The notes under the pieces: generated by a model
What the model was told of the DNA's origin: nothing
The model's database searches: none
What the model saw: only the letters and a program-made list of their open reading frames with translations
Shown: piece by piece, positions 14,300 to 25,730 of the stretch
Position numbering within the stretch: the stretch's first letter is position 1
Layout of the letters: the number at the start of each line of letters is the position of its first letter
Assembly: GCF_009914755.1 (NCBI RefSeq)
Contig: NC_060941.1
DNA: 64,000 nucleotides
Strand: one strand, 5' to 3'
From: the human T2T-CHM13v2.0 reference genome, Homo sapiens
Translations under genes and position numbers: made by a program

Positions 14300-14424
14300 A
14301 GAGCGAGCCGAGCCGCGGCCAGCTCCGGCGGGCAGGGGGGGCGCTGGAGCGCAGCGCAGCGCAGCCCCATCAGTCCGCAAAGCGGACCGAGCTGGAAGTC
14401 GAGCGCTGCCGCGGGAGGCGGGCG
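14300..14424 (+). other. NGFR: NGFR 5'UTR (~125 nt, GC-rich, no upstream ATG)
   Basis: Lies between the GC-box promoter and the ATG; start coordinate is from recalled mRNA. Confidence 0.8.
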
Positions 14425-14490
14425 ATGGGGGCAGGTGCCACCGGCCGCGCCATGGACGGGCCGCGCCTGCTGCTGTTGCTGCTTCTGGGG
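14425..14490 (+). CDS. NGFR: NGFR exon 1 coding part (signal peptide MGAGATGRAMDGPRLLLLLLLG)
   Basis: ATG at 14425 in GCGATGG context, Leu-rich signal peptide, donor GTGAGT at 14491; 66 nt, phase 0. Confidence 0.98.
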
Positions 14491-15989
14491 GTGAGTGTTA
14501 GCCGGAGGGGGCCCGCTCCCTTTCCCGGGATCAGAACTCCGAGAAGAGCCGGGCGCCGCCACCAAGGAAACAGAACAGAGCATTGGGGTCCCAGATACTG
14601 AGGGTGGGTGGTGGGAAAGGACCTCTGATGCCGGGACCACGAAGGAGGGTCTAGGGTTCCCGGAGCGCAGAGGCGACTCTCCAGGGTGGAGATGAGGGCA
14701 AGACCGGAGCACGGATGCCGGTCCTCAGGTACCGCAGGGGGCGGTGGGGGAGCTGGGAGGGGTCTTTCAAGAGGGGGCATGGGGCTCTCCGATGCCCAGG
14801 TTCTTCGGAAGAGGACACTCGAATGCCGGGATCCCGAAGGGACTTTCCCCTCAGCATCTCGGTCTCTGGAGAGTCGTGGGACAGAACCAAGGCGAGAGAA
14901 GGAGGGGGAACTGGACGGGGACTAGAGATGAGAGGGGCGAGCTGGGCTGGGGCGGGGAGCCCGGGACGACGGGATGGAACAATGGAGGAGGTCGGAGGGA
15001 CTGGAGGCAGAGGGGACCCGGCAAGGACAATGGGGACCGGCCAGACAATGGGGGGGAGGGGCGTCGGAGGGAGAGGTTGGGGAGCGGGAGAGAGGTTGAG
15101 AAGTGGGTTAGGGAGGGCAGAAGAGGGGCGACGGCGAGGGCGGCAGAGAGATGGAAGCAGAAGGAAAGGAGACAGAGCGGGGCGCGGACCCTGAAGTGGT
15201 CGGGGTCCCGCCTGCCCGCTGAGGGACAGTGAGACGAGAAGAGAGAGCAGAGGCTTGGACATTTCCAGCGCCTGTCCCCGCGCTCCTGCTCGCGGCCTCT
15301 CCCAGTCCCGGAATTGGGGCTGCGGATCTAAGGCTGGGAGGGGAGTGCCCACTTCGCCGGGGCGAACCCGCTCCCGGGGTTCCCCCACGGCCGGCGGGCT
15401 CCTCCGACGCGCGTGTTCTCACGGCTTGAAGCAGCGCAGCGGATCGCGAGGGACGGAGCGGGTGTGCCCCTACCCGGGCTGGCGGTGGCTACGTCTCGGG
15501 GTGCAGAGCGCCGGGGCGCACTAGGCGGGGACCCTTCCTGGCCGCGCGCAGCTCTGGCTACGCAGGCGGGAGGCGGCAGGCAGGGGGCGCTGCGGGGCGA
15601 GGCAAGTGCAGTCCGCCGCTGCCTGCCTGCGAGTCTGGGGCTGCGCGCCGCTCCCCACCTAGCTGCGCGACCCGAGCGCCGCGCCCACCGCGCTCCGTGG
15701 GCTCCCGCGCCTCGAAGGGTCGGGATCCGGTCTGAGCCTCTCCTGGCTCTCGGTGCAAGCCGCTGGGCACCTAACGAGACGGGGGCGCCCGGACGCCTCG
15801 GATTCTGTAGCGCGGTATCCCGGGCCACCGACTCGGCAAAGGTCGGCGGGTCCTCCGGGTGGTCCGACGAGATTGTCAGATGTGGCCTGCTTTATGGCCA
15901 TGAACCGAATGCCCTGGAAGGTCTGGCAACGGAGGAGGCGTCTTCACTCTCCCCGCCAGCATCTTTCATCAGAGCACTGCGCCCCAAAT

Positions 15990-16110
15990 TCCGGCTTTAC
16001 AGATACGGAGACTGAGGCTCTGAGAGTTTAAACGACTTGGCCAAGATCTCACAGCAAGTTGGGCCAGAGTCGTGGCTAGACTCCCCGACCTGATTCCCAG
16101 CTCGGTACTC
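15990..16110 (-). mobile_element. MIR in intron 1
   Basis: TTTACAGATACGGAGACTGAGGCTCTGAGAG...GACTTGGCCAAGATCTCACAGC. Confidence 0.65.
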
Positions 16111-17929
16111 CCCCACCTTTTCAGGGGGCAGCCGCTGTCCCAGCTCGGGGTCACGGCTGCGTTTCCCAGCAGGGCGGGGGGGGCTGACACTGTCCCCAGA
16201 GTCCGTCGGCGGTAGAGCCTGCGGGTGAGGTGGGCAGAGATTCTGTCCGGGTGCGGGCCCCAGCCCGAAAGCTCAGCCCCAGTTCCCTGGAGCTGTCAGG
16301 ACCTGTGGCTGCGTCCGGGGATTTGGGAGCGACCGCGGGCACGTCTGCTGACTAACGCCGCTGGTTAGAGACGCTGCTCAGACGCGGGTGGGCGAGCGTG
16401 GACCAGGAGAGCGGGGAGGAGGGACCGGATCCCAGAGGGGCAACGACTTGGGCTCCGGGTCTGGGCAAGAGCGAGGGTCCCCGCGCGAAGACCCAAGGAA
16501 GGAGGGGAGCTGGGCGTGGAGGACCTGGGCGCTTGGGAAGGTGTACCCCGACAGGAACCTGCCGTCTGCAGCCCCTGCGGCTCCCGCCTCCGCCTCGGCG
16601 CGCGGCTGCTCGGTCTGGGATGGCTGTGCGCGGTCCGAGTTTCTTCCTGGGCCGCGGTGAGAGAGAGAGGGCTGAAACCAGAGCGCGTCCCGGCGGGTCG
16701 GCTGGCGGGCCGCGCCGGTAATGGAGGCACTTTGTCATTCAGACGTCTGTAACCAGAGCCGCCGGGCTGGCTAATGCGCCTAATAGGGATGGAACGAGGG
16801 CAGCAAATGGGCGTGCGTGAGCGGCCGGGCTGAGCTGGGTGGATGGTGGATGGGGAGGCAGCTCCGCGGGGGACGGGCCCCTACCGCACTGTTCCAGCCC
16901 AGTCTGGCTCAAGCGCCTCGCTTCTTCCCTGGGGGACCGCGTGGGGAGGCGGGAATAATCGCATGTGCTGAGTTCCTACTAAGTGCCTTGCACTTCCCTG
17001 GTAGTTTCTCTTGAATTATTTAATCCTTATAAGGTCCTAGCAAGGTGAATTTAGTTATTCCCACTTCGCAGTTGAGGAAACAGAACCTTCTAGACTTTCA
17101 GGCCCGAGACCAGGCTCCCCCAGTGAGTCAGTGGTGGCGTCTTTGTTGGAACCCAGGATGCTTGGCCTGGGATGTTCTCTTTCCTACATATGCCAGGCTC
17201 CCTCCCGCCCCCTACCTTCTAGATCATGGAAGGAGTCGTGGCTCTGAGAGATTAAATCGTGCCCTATGCCTTTGGCCCCACACATTTAGATCTGAGCCCC
17301 TTCTCCACACGCAGAGGCCCTGCCCCCTCTCAAGTCTCTATGCTACATTATCTTGGGTAATTAGCTCCTTTCCTCCCAACTCCTCCCCTATCCAAAGGGA
17401 GTGAGGGGTATGTGCCAGTGCCTCCCCTGGGTTTGCATCGACCTCAAAAGGCCCTCCAGGTGTTTGAAAATCTCTCCCATCCCATGGCGGTGACCACGGC
17501 CCCATTCACTTAAGAGCTCTTTGCTGAAGCTGTTGGAATGGCCAGGGCTGATTATACTGAAACATTCGTATGGTTTCAAATACTTTCAACTGTTTCGCTG
17601 TTTCTCTCTTTTCTCTAATTAAAAAAAATGAAAATTCTTAAAAGTCAATTCATCTAAGGATCCTTCCACCTTAGTTCCTTGTAAGCCTTGAAATGGCCAA
17701 AACAAAAAGATTACAAGCGTTCTTAAAAATGAGATGAAATCATTCTGTCAAATGTGAAATGACTAAGTGTAACACATACAAATTTCAGGGAAATTTATCT
17801 GTCATCCCTATAAATTAATCCTTTTGGATCTGATTTTGGAGCAATTAGCCTGAATGTTAGTCACCCCTCCCTACTTGGCTAAACTCTCCCCTCCTGCCTG
17901 GGGTCTCCTTAAGATGAGATGCTTCTTTG

Positions 17930-18125
17930 ATAACTAACATTTATTAAATTCCTACTGTAGACCAGACATATTTGCATAAATTATTTCACTTAATTCTCCC
18001 AGCAATCCTGGGCAATAGACATTATCAACCCAATGTTTTAGGTGAGAAAAACTGAGGTTTAGGGAAATTAAGTAATTTACCCTAAGCAACATACTATTAA
18101 GAAGCAGATCTAGGATTTTACAACA
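17930..18125 (-). mobile_element. MIR in intron 1
   Basis: AACATTTATTAAATTCCTACTG...GTGAGAAAAACTGAGG...TTAAGTAATTTACCC. Confidence 0.7.
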
Positions 18126-18435
18126 TAGGGAACATAAAACAAGGACAGGAAATGCATGGTTACTAATTATCTGGCCCCTACTCCAAATGCAGTTTTTAAG
18201 AGAAGAGAGAGGACCTCAGGCTGCAGCAGGGAGAACAGGTTTCTTGGCAGGGGCATTTGCACAAAGCCCCCACACCACCCAAGACCACTGTAGACAGATC
18301 TCCTCAGCTGTCCAGAGCCCAACAAACTGGAACACAGCCAATGGCCACAAAGTAGACCCTGGAGGACAGAAAAGAGGGGTCCCAAAGTACATAAATACCT
18401 TATTTACTTGTGTAATACTTACAGCAATCCTATGA

Positions 18436-18893
<458 letters not shown>

Positions 18894-21069
18894 GGCACAT
18901 GCCTTTCTACCAAGGCGAGTTCCACAGTTTCTGAAGATTCAATTAGACCTTAAATAGATTAGCGTGGTGGGGGAAGGGTTGCTTCAGGTCACACTCTGGT
19001 AGCAGCAAGAAGTGACAACTGATACCTTGACAGGAAGGGAGGAAACAGAAAAGCTATATTAAAAAAAAAAAAAAGGCTGACAGGAGAACTCAAAAAGACA
19101 AAAGTGTGGTAATTTGGGAAAAGAACAAGAGAGTTTCCCTGTATTGCAGCCCAGAGTAATCGCTGGTGTAAATACAGAGTCCCTGAGTCATGGGAAGCCA
19201 TGAAGCTTTGCTCCAGAGACAGGGAAGGGTGCAGCCACCATGGTGAAAAGCAAAAATGATGAGAGCAGCAAAGCCTGGCAGTCTGGAATCTCGGCTAACC
19301 AACAGTCGCTCTCCCAGAGTTCTGGTTAATTGAGGTCATACAGTATTTTCATGTATTTCAACTCCACGCGTGTATGCATTGTGTCCCTACTGCATGCCAG
19401 ATACCGCATCAGGCCCTGGGGCAATCCAGCTCCCTCAGGGAGCTGACAGTCCAATGAGGGAGTCTATAAAGTTCAGGCCAGACGAAAGCAGAGAGAACCG
19501 GAGAACAGGCTGGATGTGTAACATGGCAGCCCCACCTAATCTGTGAGCGGTGGGTGCAACAGGACCACTTCCTTGAGGAAGTGACATTTAAGCAGAGCCC
19601 TAAAGGATGAAAAGAAATCAGAACAGGCCCTTCTGGAATCTTGCCTCTTGAGGGAAAGCCTGCATCTGGGACCCTGAGGCTCCTGGTCTGCAGATGTTCC
19701 CAGCACTGAGTGTGTTGCTGCCCTGGAGGAGGTGCGGCAACACCAAGGTTCCACCTCCTCTGTTGCCTGTGCCTGTCCTGCTGGTCTCATGAGGACCACA
19801 GACTCCCTCCTGGGTTGATCCAACCTGTCTATCCCCCTGACTCCTCTGTTTCCTTCCCCACCAAACCCTGATGAGGCCGCAGGATATTTTAAAAGGCTGG
19901 AGGGAAAGGAGTGTCTTGGCCATGATCTGGCCAATGTAGAAGAAGCAGAATGCCCAAAACAAGCTTGTAAAGCTTCCCTCTGGTCCCACGACCCCAAAGC
20001 CCATACTTCTCAGCATCAAATGAGGGCTGCATGGTCTGGAGCTAGCAAAGCAGGCTTTGGAGTTTTATTAGACATTAAGTTTCTTTTAAAGGAACAGAAA
20101 TATAAAGCAAGCCTCCACCAGCCCCTTCCCCTGGGGAATCTGGTGTTAAATTGTTACATCCACGAGCAAAGATGCTTCAGTGGCAGGAACCTGACTCCCC
20201 TTTCCCTTGGTTCCAGCCCTGTTCCCAGTGGCCACATGGGGGAGGGGGAGGACTGGTGGCTGGAAATCAAACCGTGGCAGGGCAGGGCTGCTGGGTGGTG
20301 AGAGCAGCCACTGTCCCATCATTGATAACAGTTCTCCCTTTCTCTCCATCTTGGTGCGAGGCTTTTGCCAAATGGCTGGCCTTTTGCCCTGGCACCAGGC
20401 TGTTGCCATCTCTGTAGAGAAATGAAGACTCAGAGGGAAGATGGGCAAGCAAGACCCCCAGTGTAGAGTCAGGATTCAAACCCAAGACCCTGGCCCTCTC
20501 CTTTCTGCTCTTGGGCATGGACATCTTCCATTTATTATTTAATATGTGGAATTAAGGACCTGGAGTAAGGCCCTGCTGGCCTTTGTTAGAAAAAGGCCCT
20601 CCTCTGGGTAGATACAACCCAGCAGGTGCAAAGCTTAGCAAATGGAGTTTGGGATAGGTTTCAGCTCTACTTGCCCCGTTGGCTGGGAGCCCTGTGCAAG
20701 CTACAACCTGTCCAACCATTCATGACATCCCTGTTGGTAGGCCCTCCGCTGGGCCTCCGGCCACCTTCCCCATGTGGTATATCCTTGGGATTCCAGGAGT
20801 TGCTGTAACCCCAGGATGAACTTTGCAGAAGGTCAGCAGCTGAAGCTCTGACCTCACACCCCCAGCAGCCTGCACGGGCACACTGTCCCTCACTTGCCTT
20901 TCCCCTGTCAGCTTTGATGTTCCTAACGCCTCCCTGGTGAGCTCATCCCAGCCCAGGTGGTTCTAATAGAAGGCAGTGGGAGGAGGGTGTTTGATTCCCC
21001 GGAAGAACCCCCCCCAACCCACCCCAGCTTTCTCTTGCCAGTCTGACCCTCCGATCTCCCTCCATCCAG

Positions 21070-21211
21070 GTGTCCCTTGGAGGTGCCAAGGAGGCATGCC
21101 CCACAGGCCTGTACACACACAGCGGTGAGTGCTGCAAAGCCTGCAACCTGGGCGAGGGTGTGGCCCAGCCTTGTGGAGCCAACCAGACCGTGTGTGAGCC
21201 CTGCCTGGACA
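21070..21211 (+). CDS. NGFR: NGFR exon 2 (end of signal peptide, TNFR cysteine-rich domain 1)
   Basis: Acceptor TCCATCCAG|G; VSLGGAKEACPTGLYTHSGECCKACNLGEGVAQPCGANQTVCEPCLD; donor A|GTGAGT; 142 nt. Confidence 0.98.
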
Positions 21212-21819
21212 GTGAGTAGAGGGTGGCGGGCAGGAGGAGGGGAGAAGAATGGGAGGGAGGAGAGGGGTGAAAGGGAGGGGCGCTGGGGAGAAGCATGCCC
21301 AGTAGAGGCCTTATAAGACCACCACTGTAAGGTCATCAGAAGTGGGTCTGACCCAGTGTAGGAGGCGCTTCTCCCAGATTCGAGAAGCTGAGAATGGAGA
21401 AGGGAAGTGTGCAGAGGGAGGAGGGGAACCCCATGGGGGATCTCCAAGGGGTGCCCATTCCCAGCTCTGGAGAAGGCAGAGGCTTGGTAGAAGAGTGTGG
21501 CTGGGCAGGGAGGAGTAGCTGATGCTAAGACCAGCTAAAAATATCATCTGCACTGCAAAATCAATGGCTGCCACTTATCCCCGGTGTGTTTGGGGGAAGG
21601 GAGAGGAGGATCAAATCCTGGCTGCCCTGAAGGCTGACCTTGGGGGATCCTGGGGGTGTGGCTGTTCCTCCCTACAGGCCAACTCTTCTCCAGCTTTGAC
21701 CAGGAAGCAGAGTTTTCCCGAGGCAGCAGGGATGGGGGTCAGAGCGCCATGAAGACGTCCTTACTGTGGGGTGACAGAGGGGAGGGGAGACGGGGAGCTG
21801 TGCCCATTCCTGCCTGGGA

Positions 21820-22231
21820 TTTCTTCCTTCCTTCCTTCCTTCCTTCCTTCCTTCCTTCCTTCCTTCCTTCCTTCCTTCCTTTCTCTCTCTCTCTTTCTTT
21901 ACCTTTCTTTCCTTTCTTTCCTTTCCTTCCTTCCTTCCTTCCTTCAACAGAGTTTTGCTCTGTTGCCCAGGTTGGGAGTGCAATGGCATGATCTCAACTC
22001 ACTGCAACCTCCACCTCCTGGTTTCAAGTGATTCTCATGCCTCAGCCTCCTGAGTAGCTGGGACTACGGGTGCATGCATGCCACCATGCCTGGCTAATTC
22101 TTGTATTTGTAGTAGAGATGGGGTTTTACCATGTGGACCAGGCTGGTCTCAAACTTCTGGCCTCAAGTGATCCACCTGCCTTAGCCTCCCAAAGTGTTGG
22201 GATTAGAGGCGTGAGCCACCGTGCTCGACCC
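21820..22231 (-). mobile_element. Alu with (TTCC)n tail microsatellite (intron 2)
   Basis: (TTCC)n/(TTTC)n at 21823-21945 then Alu reverse complement; TSD CCTGCCTGGGATTTCTT. Confidence 0.95.
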
Positions 22232-23479
22232 TGCCTGGGATTTCTTTCAGGAGGGGAGAGAATCTCATCTTCCTGGGCTGGTGGGTCTGGGCCCCTTGGC
22301 CCCAGTCTTGTCCAGGGTCTGAATTCCCTCATGCTTTTGAGTCAGGAGTCTCGGTCCCTGATCGGTGCCCCCAGTCCTCAGTTGCTGCCTTTGGGCCGTG
22401 GGCTCCCTGCCCTTTTCCTGACTCCCTGCCTTCTACCTGGCACTCGATGCCCACCTGGAGGGCTCGAGGGAACCATACTCAGATTATTCTTTAATCCGGC
22501 TGGGAATAAGGGGATAGAGCTGGGGCCTCTGAACCCACCTGCGGACCTAGTGTTACCTCTGGATGTCCCCCCTGAGTCTATCTGTCCTCCAGGCAACCCC
22601 AACTCTTGGTGTTCCCCAGACACACTGTTTTCCCATCTCTGTGCTTGTGGATCCTGTAACACCATTCCCCAGCCAAGAAATGCCTGGGCGTATGTGTGGA
22701 GGTGGGACATCCTCCAATGCCTTTGCCGTCTTGCTTCATGGCCACCTGCTCTGGCCCTGGCCTAACAGGGTTTCCATTCCAGGGCGGGGGTGGCCAACAA
22801 TCAGCTATCCCAGAACCTCCAAATCTGCCTCTCTTGCTTCCTAGACTCCAGCCCAGGACTCTCCTCCCAGGACCTAAATGATGGGAACCCTTTCCCTTCA
22901 GTCAAAGGACCTTCAGCAGGAGGTGGGGCGGAGGACACCAGGAGAGGGAAGTTCCAGAATCTCTGGAAGGGAAGGGAGGCAGGCAGAGAGGTGGCTTTGA
23001 GAATCCTCCCTTCCACTTCCTCCCTCCCCTCCATTTTCCCCTCCTTCCCTGTCTCCCCCTCCTCCACCTCCAGCTGCATTAACAGGCTGCCTTTACAAGC
23101 CCACTTTATGGGACGGAGACCCCAGCGGACTTTCCCTCTACCCTTAAAACGTTTCCACAAGGAAACCTATTAAGCCCCTGCCTTCATTCTCTGCCAAAAA
23201 AGACCACATTTTTCACACCACCTAAAACCCTCTCCCAGGAGTTTTCTGCTAATTTTCTGTGTTTTGCCATGAGCAGGCTTCTCCTCTTCCCCTCCTGTGT
23301 GACTAGACTTACCCTCCATCACACGCCAGCCAGCCAGGACCCTCTTGTTTGTATAGCTCAGACATCCTGCCTTTGCTGTTTGTGTTTGGACGTTCTTTCT
23401 GCTGTCTGACCATATTCCTACCTCCAAAGTTCAATGTCCTCATCGCTCTCCACCCCCATGGGGCCCAATCTTTATAGGA

Positions 23480-23665
23480 TCCCAACTACGTGCCAAAGCT
23501 TTATGGCTGAATTTCATTTATTCCTCACTACAACCCTGTGACTGCAGATATTGCTCCTTATTTTTACAGAGAAAGAAAAAGCTCAGAGAGGTTAAGTAAA
23601 ACACCCAAAGTCACACAGCTTATAAGCGATGGAAATGGATTTTGAATCCAGATCTGCCTGCTCCT
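23480..23665 (-). mobile_element. MIR in intron 2
   Basis: TTTTACAGAG...GCTCAGAGAGGTTAAGT...AAAGTCACACAGCT...GGATTTTGAATCCAG. Confidence 0.7.
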
Positions 23666-23762
23666 AGGAAAAGGGACACAGGGTTCCTCTGTCAGAATTC
23701 ACTTGAAACTGAAGTCTCCCTCCAGGCCCTTCTTCCTGGGTCTTTTCTTCTCTCCTCTACCC

Positions 23763-24206
<444 letters not shown>

Positions 24207-25299
24207 TAATGTTGAGACCCCCCTACAGGCCTCAGTTTCCCCCTAATGGCGCTTTAGCCTTTCTGCTTCTGCTTCCACATTCTGAACAATCTGTCCTTCC
24301 CTGGTTCTCAGGTTCCTAAATCTATGCTCTTCCTGTCCTTGGAGCAAGGATAGGTCCTGCCAGATCCAGGGTGGCACAGAGTTCCCCACCCAAAGCTGGA
24401 AGGGGTGAAGAAGATCTGGCCCTGTTCCTTCCCCTCCCTGTACAAGGAGGCAAGGACCCTGGCGTGCCCAGCCTCCTTCTCCTTATTCTGGAGTGCACAT
24501 CCAGTAATTAAGAAAACATGAGTGAAGAATGAGCTTGGACATCTCCCTTGCATCCTGGCCGAAAGGGCAGACGACGCATGTGCAGATCTCAAAAGGGTGA
24601 TCATATAGTTGTGCAGCTTGTGTACTGCTCAACAATATCCATCTGAGAGAGTGAGTGTGGGCTAAGAGCCAGCTCTCTAGCTTCAGTGGCTCCTGCCTTA
24701 CCTGAGCCCTCTTGCCTGCAGGTCCGTCCCCACCCTCAGGATCCAAGCCCTTCAGCAGCATGGGGGTAGTGCCATGGGTGGGAAATTCTGCTGTCTAACC
24801 CCGGTCACTCCCATTTAGGCTGCATCTGAGCCCACACCTGTGTGGAGAGGAACTGAAGGCAGATGAGGCAGGAGGCTCCCTAGGGGAAGGCCTACCTTGC
24901 CTGGACCGGGTTAGCAGCCCAGCTCTGGCCCGCGGGGAGGGCTGGGTGGGAACCACGTTCAGATTATTCCTTAATCATGCTGGGAACATAGTACAGGCCT
25001 GGGAACTCTCAAAGAGAATTTGCCAAGAAACTTAGCGGCACCAGCTGGGTTATGCCGGAAAGCCTCCCGGCCGGCCAGTGCTTCTGGAGCCTGGAGGATG
25101 CGGCTCCGGGCCTCCTCCCCCTTTCCCAGTTGGCTGCCACCAACTTTCACAGGCTAGGGGTCAGGGTCCCTTGGAAGAGGGTGGGAGCCGATGAGAAGGC
25201 TGAAGGAGGAAGTCAGCGTCCTGGCAGGCAATGGGGGAGGGAGAGACTCCAGCTCCTGCGTCCCGGGTGCCCAAAAGAGCAGACGACTAAATCTGGTGT

Positions 25300-25730
25300 C
25301 CGCTGCGCTCAGGCGTGACGTTCTCCGACGTGGTGAGCGCGACCGAGCCGTGCAAGCCGTGCACCGAGTGCGTGGGGCTCCAGAGCATGTCGGCGCCGTG
25401 CGTGGAGGCCGACGACGCCGTGTGCCGCTGCGCCTACGGCTACTACCAGGATGAGACGACTGGGCGCTGCGAGGCGTGCCGCGTGTGCGAGGCGGGCTCG
25501 GGCCTCGTGTTCTCCTGCCAGGACAAGCAGAACACCGTGTGCGAGGAGTGCCCCGACGGCACGTATTCCGACGAGGCCAACCACGTGGACCCGTGCCTGC
25601 CCTGCACCGTGTGCGAGGACACCGAGCGCCAGCTCCGCGAGTGCACACGCTGGGCCGACGCCGAGTGCGAGGGTGAGTGCGGTTCGGGGGGCGGGGGGAG
25701 TGGGGGTGCGGGGGTGGGCTGGGGGCATAA
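25300..25730. promoter_or_regulatory. Intragenic CpG island over exon 3
   Basis: CpG density in exon 3 is far above that of exons 2, 4, 5 and the flanking introns. Confidence 0.75.
25313..25672 (+). CDS. NGFR: NGFR exon 3 (CRD2-4, neurotrophin binding)
   Basis: Acceptor CTCAG|; ORF 25315+ gives TFSDVVSATEPCKPCTEC...RWADAECE; donor G|GTGAGT; 360 nt, phase 1-1. Confidence 0.98.

Larger units (their letters stand above)
13950..16950. promoter_or_regulatory. CpG island covering NGFR promoter, exon 1 and the 5' part of intron 1
   Basis: Very high GC and CpG density over ~3 kb. Confidence 0.9.

Noticed and set aside
13918-15828. Long ORFs on both strands across the CpG island (e.g. 13918-14712 minus, 264 aa; 14651-15388 minus)
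   Set aside because: Pro/Arg/Gly-rich, no recognisable domain; stop codons are rare at this GC content.
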